A DNA stretch of 64,000 nucleotides from Eledone cirrhosa (GCA_964016885.1 OZ024756.1:37572001-37636000), one strand, 5' to 3'; positions 13,408 through 27,941 are shown, numbered from the stretch's first letter. Program-made: numbers and translations. The notes: generated by a model not told the origin, from the letters alone.

Positions 13408-13590
13408 TGGCAGTATCGGTAGAGGGTCGGGCGCCATGCTTTGAAGCATAGTGTTACCTCCCTTTATGATCTGAGTTCAAATCCCGCCGAGGCTAACTTT
13501 GCCTTTCATCCTTATGGGGTCGATAAAATAAAGTACCAGTAATACACTGGGTAATTGCTGGCCTTGTGCCTAAAGTAGAAACAATTATTA
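13408..13590 (+). mobile_element. SINE family A with 19-bp target-site duplication
   Basis: ATTATTATTTTTTCAATCC at 13379-13397 and 13584-13602. Confidence 0.85.
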
Positions 13591-13979
13591 TTTTTTCAAT
13601 CCCTCCAAATTCTTGATTATTTTCGAAATTATCACAAAACTATAAAAAGTGTCTTCCAACGAAATAGCTAAGAAGGGAGTGATATGGGACATTATTTAGA
13701 CATCTGCATATTACCACTGGGACCTTATTTCCAGACAGGTAGAAGGTAAAGGAGAAGGGACCATTGATTTATTGAGAGAGAAGCCGGAACAGGGGTCACT
13801 GATTTATGGAAGAGGGTGAGAAGAGAAGGGAGTCACTGATTTATTTACAGAATGAGAAGAGGAGGAGGGAAAGAAACATAAGGGTTTATCCCAGTATATG
13901 TGGGCTTGTATGTATGTGTATATGTATATATGTATGTATGTATATATGTATATATGTATGTATGTATATATGTATATAT

Positions 13980-14047
13980 GTTATCTCTTTCTCTTAATTT
14001 CAAGTATATTTTTTTTGACCGGCCACCTTCCTGGTGGCAAGGTTGTA
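13980..14047 (-). mobile_element. Short 3' end of the R4/Dong-type LINE
   Basis: Matches 14524-14589; embedded in TATG repeats. Confidence 0.8.
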
Positions 14048-14100
14048 TGTATGTATATATGTATGTATATATGTATGTATGTATATATGTATGCATGTAT

Positions 14101-14446
14101 CATTTCATTTCATTTCATTTCATTTTACGTCCGCTTTTCCCTGCTTGCAAGGGTGGGACGGGAACTGATTCTGGCTTGATTTCTACAGCTGGATGCCCTT
14201 CCTAACACCAACCTCATTTACAGTGAGTGCTGGGTGCTTTTTTTTTTCCGTGGCACCTCCACGACCACTTTGCAGTGGAATGATAGGGACCCCAGTCCCT
14301 ATCATCTCATTTCTACAGCTGAGTAAACTGGAGCAATGTGAAATAAAGTGTCTTGCTCAAGGAAACAACACATCACCCGGTCTGAGAGTTGAACTCACAA
14401 CCTTTCAATTGCAAGGCCAATGCTCTAACCACTAAGCCATGTGCCT
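14101..14446 (-). mobile_element. Full-length SINE family B
   Basis: Reverse complement of 4420-4745. Confidence 0.85.
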
Positions 14447-14523
14447 ACATATGACGTATGTATATATGTATGTATGTATATATGTATGTATGTATATATG
14501 TATATATGTATATATGTATATAT

Positions 14524-15556
14524 GTTTTCTCTTTCTCTTAATTTTGAGTATATTTTTTGACCGGCCACCTTCCTGGTGGCAAGGTTGTAAAAGAAAAGAA
14601 ATTGTCATCCCTTGAATCGCAAGAATGTTTTGCAAATTTTGAAGGTGCCAGCTATCGCAGCCATTTGTAGACTATGAATTAGGGAGCTGCGCTTTTTGTC
14701 CGCAAATCCAAGTTCAGTCATACTTTGGTCCAAGCGGGTTGGTATATAACCCGTAGCACCAATAATGATGGGTATGAAGCTAAAGGTGTATCTTGGATAC
14801 TGGATTTGTAAACTCCTCATCAATGGTCCGTAGATGTCCTCCTTCTCCTGTATTTTTCTGACAACGTTTACATCAAGTGGGCAGCTGATCTCCACAACAG
14901 AACACGTTTTCAATGTGTGGTCCCAAACTACAATATCAGGCCGGTTGTGCTTTAATTTGGTGGCAGTTTTTATTTTCAGGTTCCACCAGTATTCCTTAGT
15001 GCCATCTGTCTCAATATATTCTTCCTCGTTTGTTCTAGCTATCCCATCGTGTCTCATGGGGAGGTAGTAGCGAGATGACATTCTTTCGCAGCTGGCAACA
15101 ATGTGGCTTACATCCTCGATCTTTGTTTTACATAGCCTACATTTATTGTCAGCTGCTGGCCCTCCTCTTTTGTGCAGCAGATATTTGGTAGGGAGTTCTT
15201 GTTCCTGTATTGCATAGAGATATCCCTCAAGGTGTGATGTCATAAACTTGTCGGAACTCCATGCCAGGCTTTTTGAGTGGTTTATCCCCTCTATGGTCTG
15301 TGTTTTACGCCTCAAGTATCCATGCACAACTTTTTCTGTAAATTGGTCAATTTTTTTTTCTTGTTTGAACATTGAATAGGATCTTCCGATTTCTCTGGGT
15401 GAGAGATTTATATCGGGCTTTATTCCATATCTCTCCTCCAGATCAGTCGCTATTCTAATGATATTTCTTTTTTCATGGTCATAAACCTGGGCAAGATGGT
15501 TGCCAACCTTTTTCCTCTGTTGAAGGTGTTGCTTCAGTGTCACTATCCGGGTCTCA
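14524..15556 (-). mobile_element. 5'-truncated R4/Dong-type non-LTR retrotransposon: CCHC knuckle, restriction-like endonuclease and 3' UTR
   Basis: ORF 15543-14605: AIQEQEL.TK, CRLC....EDVSHIVASC, RHD, RPDIVV...VVEISCP...KE..Y..L, PIIIGATG. Confidence 0.88.
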
Positions 15557-15685
15557 TGTATATATGTATGTATGTATATATGTATGTATACATGTATGTA
15601 TGTATATATTTATGTATGTATATATGTATGTATATATGTATGTATGTATATATGTATGTATATATATATGTATGTATGTATATAT

Positions 15686-15776
15686 GTTTTCTCTTTCTCT
15701 TAATTTCGAGTATATTTTTTTGACCGACCACCTTCCTGGTGGCAAGGTTGTAAAAGAAAAGAAATTGTCATCCCTT
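15686..15776 (-). mobile_element. Short 3' end of the R4/Dong-type LINE
   Basis: Matches 14524-14613; embedded in TATG repeats. Confidence 0.8.
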
Positions 15777-15787
15777 ATGTATATATG

Positions 15788-15821
<34 letters not shown>

Positions 15822-16981
15822 TATATGTATGTATATATGTATATATATGTATATATGTATGTATGTATGTATGTATATATTTATGTATGTATATATGTAT
15901 GCATATACATATGTATGTATGTATATATGTTTGTATGATGTATGTATGTATATATATGATGTATGTATATATGTTTGTATGATGTATGTATGTATATATG
16001 TTTGTATGATGTATGTATGTATATATGTTTGTATGATGTATGTATGTGTTTGTATATATATATATATATGTATGTTCGTATGTATGTATGTATGTATGCA
16101 TGTTTATATGTATGTATGTATATATGTGTGTTTCTCTGTTCATTTTTTAGTATATGAGCATACACATGCATGTATGTATATATATATATGTATGTATGTA
16201 TATATGTTTGTATGATGTATGTATGTATATATGTTTGTATGATGTATGTATGTGTTTGTATATATATATATACATTTTTTAGTATATGAGCATACACATG
16301 CATGTATGTATATATATATGTGTATGTATGTATATATGTTTGTATGATGTATGTATGTATATATGTTTGTATGATGTATGTATGTGTTTGTATATATATA
16401 TATATATGTATGTTCGTATGTATGTATGTATGTATGTATGCATGTTTATATGTATGTATGTATATATGTGTGTTTCTCTGTTCATTTTTTAGTATATGAG
16501 CATACACATGCTTATATACATAGGCTTGAGAAATAAACACACATTTGTGCAAGTAAATATGAAGACATACATACATACATACATACATATATACATACAT
16601 ATATACATATATATATATCATGGATTTGCAGAAACTTAGCGCTGAGGTTGCGTGCGATATTGCGATCTATATTGTGGATACACCATGTGGGTTATATATT
16701 TTACACTCAGCCTCAGCGCTATGTCCGGGTCAGTAAAAAATCTTTTCCTGGGTCCTGTATTTTCGTTGCTCTAGTGATGCGGTTGGACTGCCGACTGCTA
16801 TATCTGATTTGTTAAGCTGTCTGAACGTAATGTTATACTCTGGGGTCTTACCTCATCTGAGTGCTAAAGCTACAGACCGAATAAGCATACACGCTAGCTT
16901 GGCTGTATACTAGAGCTTCGTCTATGCTGTACTAAAATATATATATATATATATGTATGCATGTGTCTGTGTGTATATGTA

Positions 16982-17237
16982 TCATCATCATCATCATCCT
17001 CATCTTCTTTTAACGTCCATTTTCCACGCTAGCATGGGTTAGACGGGAGTTGTCCCACTTGAGGCAAGGCTGGTCGGGTGACCGTGTCTCGCTCATATAG
17101 GACTATCTGGCAGGTTTTCTACGGCTGGAGGCCCTTCCTAACACCAACCACGTTTACAGTGTGGGACTGGGAACTTTTTACCGTGTTACCTACACGGCCA
17201 CATTACAGCGTGGACTGTGTGTGTTTTTTTGTCATGA
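16982..17237 (-). mobile_element. SINE family C 3' fragment
   Basis: Reverse complement of the 7600-7836 type. Confidence 0.75.
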
Positions 17238-17318
<81 letters not shown>

Positions 17319-17499
17319 TGTGTGTGTGTGGGGGAGATTATATATATATGTATATATACATATATATATGCATGTGGGTGTATACATATGTATATATATA
17401 TGTATATATATATATATAAATATGTGTGTGTGTGTGGGGGAGATTATATATATATGTATATACATATATATATGCATGTGGGTGTATACATATGTATAC

Positions 17500-17540
<41 letters not shown>

Positions 17541-17847
17541 TATGTATGTTGGTGTATGTACACACATGTATCTGTAAGTGGGAGTGTATTTCTGCAGTGG
17601 TAATAGTAGTGATGATGATGATGATGATAATGATGATAATGATGGAGGTGGTGGTGCTGTTATTGTTGTTGTTGTTGATGATGATGGTATGGTGGTATGG
17701 TGGTGGTATGGTGGTGGTGCAACAACTAAACTCGTTGTTTCAGTGTAGATGCAGGTGCAAGTTGAATGGGAAGATAAATTTATGTTCCTCCTTTGACAGC
17801 AGATTAACCTTACAATGGTGTATCATATTAGAGATGAATACAGCTAC

Positions 17848-18160
17848 TCACCACCACTACACCTCCACCACCACCTCCACCACCACCACCACCTCCACTA
17901 CCACCACCACCACCATCAACACCACCACTACCACCTCCACCATCAACACCACCACTACCACCTCCACCACCACCACCTCCACTACCACCACCACCACCAA
18001 CATCACCACCACCATCAACACCACCACCACCACCACCATCATCAACACCACCACCACTACCACCTCCACCACCACCACCTCCACTACCACCACCACCACC
18101 AACATCACCACCACCATCAACACCACCACCACCACCACCATCATCAACACCACCACCACT

Positions 18161-18191
<31 letters not shown>

Positions 18192-18650
18192 CTACACCAA
18201 CACCACCACCACTACACCACCACCACCAACACAACCACCACTACACTACCACCACCACCACCATCACCAACACCACCACATCAACACCATCAACACCACC
18301 ACCACCATCACCACCACCACCACCACCACCACCACCACCACCACCACCACCACTACACCACCACCACCACTATCAATACTACTATCAACACCATCACCAC
18401 CATCATCATCATCACCACCATCATCTCCACCACTATCAATACCACCACCACCACCACCACTATCAGCTCCACCACCACCACCACCATCACCACCACAAAG
18501 CATTACCACCACCACCATTATCAACACCACCACCACCACCACTATCAGCATCACCACCACCACCATATCACTACCACCACCACCATCATCATCATCACCA
18601 CCACCACCACCCACTATCAACACCACCACCACCACTACACCACCACCATC
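17848..18650. repeat. Degenerate (CCA)n array
   Basis: Direct reading. Confidence 0.9.
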
Positions 18651-19000
18651 CATCCACATACACCCCTACCAACACTGCTATGTATAAGTGTATATATATA
18701 TATATATATATGTACATATACATACACACTTGTGTGTACATTTATATATATACAGTGTGTGTATGTGTGTGTATATATACATACACATATATATGCACAC
18801 ATACATATACATGCACATCTATATATGTATACATATATACACACACACACACATATATATATACATATATATATATACATATATATATATATACACATAC
18901 ACATACAAAGAGAGAAAATCTTTCTGAGATTTCAGCTGTTTGTAAATTATCCTCATCAAGGAAATTAGTTTGAAGGGGATTGGTGGTGGTGGGGAGCTGG

Positions 19001-19946
19001 ATGGTATGGTGCTATGGTGGTATGGTGGTATGGTGGTATGGTGGTATGGTGGTATGGTGCTATGGTGGTATGGTGCTATGGTGGTATGGTGGTATGGTGG
19101 TATGGTGCTATGGTGGTATGGTGCTATGGTGGTATGGTGGTATGGTGGTATGGTGGTATGGTGCTATGGTGGTATGGTGGTATGGTGGTATGGTGGTATG
19201 GTGCTATGGTGGTATGGTGGTATGGTGGTATGGTGGTATGGTGGTATGGTGCTATGGTGGTATGGTGGTATGGTGGTATGGTGGTATGGTGCTATGGTGG
19301 TATGGTGGTATGGTGGTATGGTGCTATGGTGGTATGGTGCTATGGTGGTATGGTGGTATGGTGGTATGGTGCTATGGTGCTATGGTGGTATGGTGGTATG
19401 GTGGTATGGTGGTATGGTGGTATGGTGCTATGGTGGTATGGTGGTATGGTGGTATGGTGCTATGGTGGTATGGTGCTATGGTGGTATGGTGGTATGGTGC
19501 TATGGTGGTATGGTGCTATGGTGGTATGGTGGTATGGTGGTATGGTGCTATGGTGGTATGGTGCTATGGTGGTATGGTGGTATGGTGGTATGGTGGTATG
19601 GTGGTATGGTGCTATGGTGGTATGGTGGTATGGTGGTATGGTGGTATGGTGCTATGGTGGTATGGTGGTATGGTGGTATGGTGGTATGGTGCTATGGTGG
19701 TATGGTGGTATGGTGGTATGGTGGTATGGTGCTATGGTGGTATGGTGGTATGGTGGTATGGTGCTATGGTGGTATGGTGCTATGGTGGTATGGTGGTATG
19801 GTGGTATGGTGCTATGGTGGTATGGTGGTATGGTGGTATGGTGGTATGGTGGTATGGTGCTATGGTGGTATGGTGGTATGGTGGTATGGTGCTATGGTGG
19901 TATGGTGCTATGGTGGTATGGTGGTATGGTGGTATGGTGGTATGGT
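19001..19946. repeat. 8-bp satellite (TATGGTGG)n with TATGGTGC variant, ~118 units
   Basis: Direct reading. Confidence 0.95.
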
Positions 19947-20203
19947 AAGGTCTCCAGTGAGCAGCATATATGGATGGGATATATAGAGAGAATGGTGGAA
20001 TGGTAATGTCAGTGGTGAATGGTAAACAGCAGATATTGAAGGGAAGCAGAGATGGTGTGATGGTATGGTGGTGGACAGTGGATGGTTAGTTAGATGGTGA
20101 GTGGCAGATATGGAAGGGATACAGAGATGTAGAAATAATAAATGAGATGTGGATGGTTTTCATGTAATTTCACATTCTATCCTGTTGCAGACCTCTATCT
20201 TTA

Positions 20204-20324
20204 TCTGAGTTCAAATCCCGCCGAGGTTAACTTTGCCTTTCATCCTTACGGGGTCGATAAAATAAAGTACCAGTAACGCACTGGTTAATTGCTGGTCTTG
20301 TGCCTAAAGTAGAAACAATTATTA
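20204..20324 (+). mobile_element. SINE family A, 5'-truncated
   Basis: B box through tail. Confidence 0.8.
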
Positions 20325-21121
20325 TTGTTATTATAACCACTACCACCAACACCAGTATAATCACCACCAACACTGGTGGTAGTGGTGGTGGTAGTAGTGG
20401 TGGTAGTGGTGGTGGTGGTGGTGGTGGTGGTGGTGGTGGTGGTGGTGGTGGTGGTAGTGGTGATAGTGTGGTGGTGGTGGTAGCAGTGGTGGTGGTAGTG
20501 GTGGTAGTGGTGGTGATGGTGGTGGTAGTAGTGGTGACGGGGGGAGGGGGGTCACGTGTGGTCATGGGAATGAATGGCGATTTTTGCAAATAGAAGTGTT
20601 GACGGATGTGGATAAGGTGTATATATATATATACTAGTAGTAGTAGTAGTAGTATATATATATACTACTACTACTAGTATATATATATATATATATACTA
20701 CTACTACTAGTATATATATATATATATATATATATATACTAGTAGTAGTAGCTGGCGTTGCTCAGGAAGAGTATGACTCAGTCAGCGGACTATTTCTTGC
20801 AAAATAATTGCACCTCTGCATAGATATGCTATTTGAAACACCTTTATATTCAGTATGTGTGTGGTTGTATGGTTGTGCATGTGTATGTGGCTGTGTGTGT
20901 GTGTCTGTTGTGTGCCTGGTTGTATGTGTGTGTGTGATAGTGTGTGAGTGTGCATGTGATTACATGTAGGGCTATGTGGTTGTCTGTGTGTGTGTGTGTG
21001 TTACTATATTTCCAATATTTCCAATAATGTAAGAGTTCATCAATCAAAGATCAATAATAATAGACTGAAACAAATATTGACATCAATACAATCAGCAAAA
21101 CCCTTTAAGACATTGTCAATC

Positions 21122-21502
21122 ACTATGACATCACACATACTATGACATCACATACTCTACGACACCACAAACACTCTATGACATCACACAATCTATGACA
21201 TCACACAATCTATAACATCACACATACTATGACATCACATACTCTACGACACCACACACACTCTATGACATCACACAATCTATGACATCACACAATCTAT
21301 GACATCACACATACTATGACATCACATACTCTACGACACCACACACACTCTATGACATCACACAATCTATGACATCACACAATCTATGACATCACACAAT
21401 CTATAACATCACACATACTATGACATCACATACTCTACGACACTACACACACTCTATGACATCACACAATCTATGACATCACACAATCTATGACATCACA
21501 AA
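21122..21502. repeat. 17-21-bp minisatellite CTATGACATCACACAAT with higher-order period
   Basis: Direct reading. Confidence 0.9.
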
Positions 21503-21555
21503 TACACTTATCTAATGACTGAAACTAAACTATTTGGATAACGACACTGACAGAG

Positions 21556-22000
21556 ACTCTCCAGGCTCTGACTATTCATTTCAACTGCTACTACAATGGC
21601 ATCTGCTCCTCAGAACTGGTTGACCACAGGCACTCTCACCTCACTTCTCTCTCCTCCTCTAGTCATCCATAATGTGCCCAAATCCCTAGGTCCAACACTA
21701 ATCCCTAAACACTTAGTCCTTCCTTCCAGAACGTCATAACTTTTAAATTCTTCCCCCCCCCCCCTCCCCGCCCCTACACACTTCATTTCTTTGTCCTCCT
21801 CTCGTCATCCATATTTGTGCCCAAATCCCCAGATTCAACACTAACCCCTAAATACCCAGTCTCCCCCCTTCCCCAGAACGGCATGCTTTTTTAATTCTTC
21901 GCCCCACCAACTCTACCGCCATCCTGCATGGTTTTAAAATCTGGGGTGGGGCTTGACTTGAGTAATTTAAACTGAACATCAACAGCTTCAATCTAATCAG
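21556..22000 (+). mobile_element. Decayed Jockey/CR1-like LINE 3' end with an internal duplication
   Basis: Translates FNCYYNGICSSEL; later SF.PRT-like remnants are present twice (21660-21755, 21804-21905). Confidence 0.5.
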
Positions 22001-22582
22001 AGTCTCGGAGGACATGTAAAAGTTATGGGCACAAACAAACCGTTCCACTACACCTAGCAAATAATTATTTAAAAAATAAACACGGCACACTACTACCACC
22101 TACACCACACCAACACCAGCACACTACCACATACCAACACCTACACAACACCATCACATCACCACACTACTACACCACACCAACACATCAGCATATTACT
22201 ACACCCCATTACCACCTACACCACACCAACACATCAGCACATTACCACACACCACTACCACCTATACCACACCAACACATCAGCACACCATTACCTACAC
22301 CACACAACCATCTACACTACTACCACCTAAACCACTAATACAACCACCACAACCACCACCACCACCATCACCACCACCACCACCATTACCACCACCACAA
22401 CCACCACCACCACCATCACCACCACCACCACCATTACCACCACCATCACCACCACCACCACCATTACCCCCCCACACCACCACCACCACCACACCCATCT
22501 GCCATCACCTTCATTAGGATTAATTTGATGTAATTGCTAAATTAAACATGTTGAAGTTTTAATTATAATGGACTGATGGTAG

Positions 22583-22631
<49 letters not shown>

Positions 22632-22933
22632 GGTGGTGGTGGTGGTGGTGGTGGTGGTGGTGGTAGTCGTGGTGGTGGTGGTGGTGGTGGTGGTGGTGGT
22701 GGTGGCGGTGGTGGTGGTGGTGGTGGTGGCAGTATTGATGGTGGTGGTGATGGTAGTGATGGTGGTGGTGGCGATAGTGGTTGTGGTGATGGTAGTCGTG
22801 GTGGTGGTGGTGGTGGCAGTATTGATGATGGTGGTGGTAGTGGTAGGCTGTTGTTGTTAGCAGCAACAGTAGTAGTAACAGCAGCAGTAGTAGTAGTAGT
22901 AGTAGTACTAGCAGCAGCAACAGCAGCAGCAGC

Positions 22934-22977
<44 letters not shown>

Positions 22978-23347
22978 CAACAGCAGCAGTAGTAGTAGTA
23001 GCAGCAGCAGTAACAGTAGTAGCAGCAGCAGTAGTAGCAGTAACAGTAGCAGTAGTAACAGTAGTAGTAACAGTAGCAGTAGTAACAGTAGCAGTAACAG
23101 TAGCAGTAGTAACAGTAGTAGTAACAGTAGCAGTAACAGTAGTAGTAACAGTAGCAGCAGTAACAGTAGCACCAAGGTGAGAAGAGATTCCAGAAGTGTA
23201 CTATAGGAAACAGGTTTGACACAAACGAAGACTTTTGGAGTTTTTCATCCAACTTTGGAGGGCAAGAATTTCCGATGATTCTTTTTTGGCTTCTTGCCAA
23301 AGTTAATGTCAGACTGTCAGAAATATCACACACACACATATATATAC

Positions 23348-23531
<184 letters not shown>

Positions 23532-23560
23532 TTGTATATATATATATATATATGTATGTT

Positions 23561-23673
<113 letters not shown>

Positions 23674-23726
23674 TTGTATATATATATATATATGTATGTT
23701 TGTATATATATATATATATGTATGTT

Positions 23727-23816
<90 letters not shown>

Positions 23817-23900
23817 TTGTATATATATATATATATGTATGTTTGTATATATATATATATATATGTATGTTTGTATATATATATATATGTTTGTACGTAC

Positions 23901-23932
<32 letters not shown>

Positions 23933-23979
23933 TTGTATATATATATGATATGTATGTATATATATATATGATATGTATG

Positions 23980-24010
<31 letters not shown>

Positions 24011-24025
24011 ATGTATATACATTTA

Positions 24026-24081
<56 letters not shown>

Positions 24082-24111
24082 CATACATATATATATATAT
24101 ATATATGTATC

Positions 24112-24145
<34 letters not shown>

Positions 24146-24598
24146 CAGCACTTATATATGTAAACCAATGAACCGACCATCACCGCCGTGAAGTGGCAAA
24201 CATCCAGAACAAACTGAAACCTCAAACTTCAGATTTGTAAGACATTTAGTATCACATATATATATATGTATATATACATATATATACATATATATATATG
24301 TATATATACATATATATACATATATATATATGTATATATACATATATATATACATATATATACATATATATATACACACTATAACAAACATATACATACA
24401 CAAGTGTATATATCACACATATACGTATAAACATATATAAACACATATACACACACACATATATATACACACCTAAACACATACATACATATATATATAT
24501 GCACACACATACACATATATATATATATACTAAACAAACATATACATACATATATACACTACAACACATATACTTACATATACATATATACACTACAG

Positions 24599-24642
<44 letters not shown>

Positions 24643-24788
24643 CACTACAACACTTATACATACATATAAATATATATATATATATACCCTAAAACATACA
24701 TACTCACACACACAATATGTATATATATATATACTCAGCAACACACATATATACATAACACACATATACATACATATATACACTATAG

Positions 24789-24824
<36 letters not shown>

Positions 24825-24970
24825 CACTACAACACTTATACATACATATAAATATATATATATATATACCCTAAAACATACATACTCACACACACAATAT
24901 GTATATATATATATACTCAGCAACACACATATATACATAACACACATATACATACATATATACGCTAAAG

Positions 24971-25008
<38 letters not shown>

Positions 25009-25978
25009 CACTACCATACACAATGATATGTCCACATATATACACACACATGTCCATACATGTACACATACATATGTATATATATATACACATACACAAG
25101 GACTCTATATTAGAATTTCACACACACAGTCATACACACACACACAGTCATACACACACACAGAGTCACACACACACACATATATATATATAAATGCAAC
25201 ACATAGCTCTATGCTACAATTTTACACACACACACACAATACACAACTCTATACTAAAATTTCTTACACATACATACACTCACACACGCATGTACACATA
25301 TATATATATTTACACACACACAACACACACATACACACACACACACCACAAAAGAGGTCCTCCACCCTACTACACCCACCACCACCACTACCTCCACCAC
25401 CACTGCCACCACCACCTCCAGCACCACAGTCACCCACCACCACCACCATCACTGCCACCACAGTCACCACCACACCACAAACCACCACCACTACCTGCAC
25501 CCACCACCACCACCACCACAGCATAGCCACCACCACCACCACCACCACCACCAGTCACCCCCTCCACCAGCCCCCAGCCCCCTCCTCCACCACCATTATA
25601 AATACATGTCCAAATGCAATTCTGATTCTATTGTGAAGAATTTCAAAGCCTTCCTTTTCTATAAACTGCTGGCTTGCAATGGTAAATGGCATCAAAGGAA
25701 CCGTTTCTACCATTTCAACAGACTTTTTGATGATTCAAGCTGAATCCTTGTGTGATTTGGGTTTTTTTTTTTGCTGAGTTATTTTGGAGGGATTTAAAGG
25801 AGAAGGGGGGACGGGATTTTGAGGGGAAAACTTTTAGGTTTGGGTATTTTGGGATTTTTCATATTCCATTTTCAATATTTTTATTCTAAATCTATTTATT
25901 TTTTTAGTGTATATTTTACAGTTTTGAAGAGTTTGTTGTTTTTTTGTTGTTGATTTTTTTTGTTTGTTTTTGTTGTTG

Positions 25979-26022
<44 letters not shown>

Positions 26023-26807
26023 GGTGGTGGTGGTGGTGGTGGTGGTGGTGGTGGTGTTTGTATTCTGGCAATGAAAGAAAAAAATTTATATAAAAATAAA
26101 AACAGATTTAAGTATACATATATATCATATATATATCATATATATATTATATATATATCATGTATATTAAGCATATATTAAGCATATATATTAAGCATAT
26201 ATTATATATATATTATATATATATTATATATATATATCAAATATATATAATATTATATATATATATATTAAATATATATATTATATATATATCAAATATA
26301 TATATATTAGATATATATATATTAAATATATTAAATATGTATATATATGTATATATGTGCATGTGCGTGTGTGTATGTGTGCCTGGTGCTGATTTGAGTG
26401 AGTATTTATACACATGTATGTGTATGTGCTTATATATATAAAGTAAAGTACAGAGGTGAATAAAATTATGGAATGATGGTAGTAGTGGTTGTAGAGATAG
26501 TGGTAGCAGTGGTGGTAGTAGTGGTGGTGGTGGTGGTGGTAGGTGTTTTAATGGTGGTAGTGGTAGGGGTTTTAATGGTGGTAGTGGTGGTGGTGGTGGT
26601 AGTGGTTTTAATAGTGGTAGTGGTTTTAATAGTGGTAGTGGTGGTGGTAGTGGCTTTAATAGTGGTAGTGGTGGTGGTAGTGGTTTTAATGGTGGTAGAG
26701 GTAGTGGTGGTAGTGGTGGTGGTAGAGATGGTGGTGGTAGGGGTTTTAATGGTGGTAATGGTGGTGGTTTGGGAAGTGACAGTGGTGATAATGCTGGTTA
26801 TATCCAT

Positions 26808-26837
<30 letters not shown>

Positions 26838-26842
<5 letters not shown>

Positions 26843-27037
26843 GTAGTTACACAACAGTTAGTTCACCATACCGAGAACAATTGTTTCACCTTAGCGGATC
26901 CTCAGCTCGGATTCCGCTAAGGTGAAACAATTGTTCTCGGTATGGTGAACTAACTGTTGTGTAACTACTTCTACCTAACTCGTCCCATGGACTGAGTGCT
27001 CTACCACTACGGATATTACCTTCCAGTCCTCCACCAC
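26838..27037 (+). mobile_element. PLE-type fold-back element: palindrome 26838-26973 plus tail
   Basis: ~61-bp perfect arms; same family as 59459-59789; flanked by (TA)n. Confidence 0.75.
26871..26910 (-). ncRNA. Minimal type I hammerhead ribozyme motif
   Basis: CCGAG-CTGAGGA-TCCGCTAAGGT-GAAA-CAATTG-TT-CTCGG. Confidence 0.78.
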
Positions 27038-27052
27038 TATATATATATATAT

Positions 27053-27382
27053 CCAGGGAGTGTAACGCCAAGTTACTGTAGGTTGACCCCAGGTGAACAC
27101 TCGATGTTTAGGTTCACGTCAGTAGCGAGGTGTAGAGATAGACACAGTGTAGTATAATAATTGTTTCTACTTTTGGCACAAGGCCAGCAATTACCCAGTA
27201 CATTACTGGTACTAATAATACAAGGATGATTTGTCATTACTACTACAGAGGTCCGACGAACTTATGATTCCAGAGTCGGGCCAGATCGATACAGATCGAA
27301 CCTTGAGCTGATCAATAGTGAAACACGTGTCACCAATCAATAAACATAATGAAGGTTTAACAAATTGTCCTTGTATTATTTC
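27053..27382 (+). mobile_element. Hammerhead-family element (degenerate core CCGACGA), interrupted by a SINE A fragment at 27155-27212
   Basis: Homologous to 33073-33325; GGT-CCGACGA...GAAA-CACGTG-TC-ACC at 27250-27334. Confidence 0.6.
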
Positions 27383-27383
27383 G

Positions 27384-27570
27384 ATTGGCAGTATCGGTAG
27401 AGGGTCGGACGCCATGCTTTGCAGCAAAGAGTTACGGCCTTTTGTAGTCTGAGTTCAAATCCTGCCAAGGTTAACTTTGCCATTCATCCTTACGGGGTCG
27501 ATTAAATAAAGTACCAGTAATACACTGGGATAATTGCTGGCCTTGTGCCAAAAGTAGAAACAATTATTAT
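27384..27570 (+). mobile_element. SINE family A
   Basis: A/B boxes and shared body. Confidence 0.85.
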
Positions 27571-27823
27571 TATATATATATATATCGTATTCCACCTGGT
27601 TGTGGTGGAGCTGATAACATTGTTATAATTCAATGTGTCCTTGGAAAGATGGCTGTAGCGAGATTAGGCAGTGTGACCCGTAGTTTTTGTAGAAGGTGAC
27701 CACCACTTAAGGTTTCCTCAAAGAAGATCCACCAGGTTACAGAATCATTTACAGATATGTGTTTGTGTATAGAAGAATGAAAAAAAAAAAAAGACAGAAG
27801 TTAGATGTAGTTAGTTAGTTCAT

Positions 27824-27941
27824 TGTTTTACAATCGTTTCAGAGGGTCAATTGATCAATGGAAGATTGATGTATCGACTGGTATGGTAGTGGGTAACTTC
27901 TACCTAGTTTTAGTCTCGATCGACTGTCTTCTTCAGAAACA
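27824..27941 (-). ncRNA. Type I hammerhead motif with ~90-nt stem II insertion
   Basis: TGTTT-CTGAAGA-AGA[...]TCT-GAAA-CGATTG-TA-AAACA. Confidence 0.68.

Noticed and set aside
18970-20006. Three overlapping ~330-aa ORFs (WWYGGMVV)
   Set aside because: A stop-free 8-mer repeat gives the same peptide in all frames
23177-23327. Faint mariner transposase C-terminus resemblance ([10 protein letters not shown]...KLMSDCQKY)
   Set aside because: Requires a frameshift and has too few conserved residues
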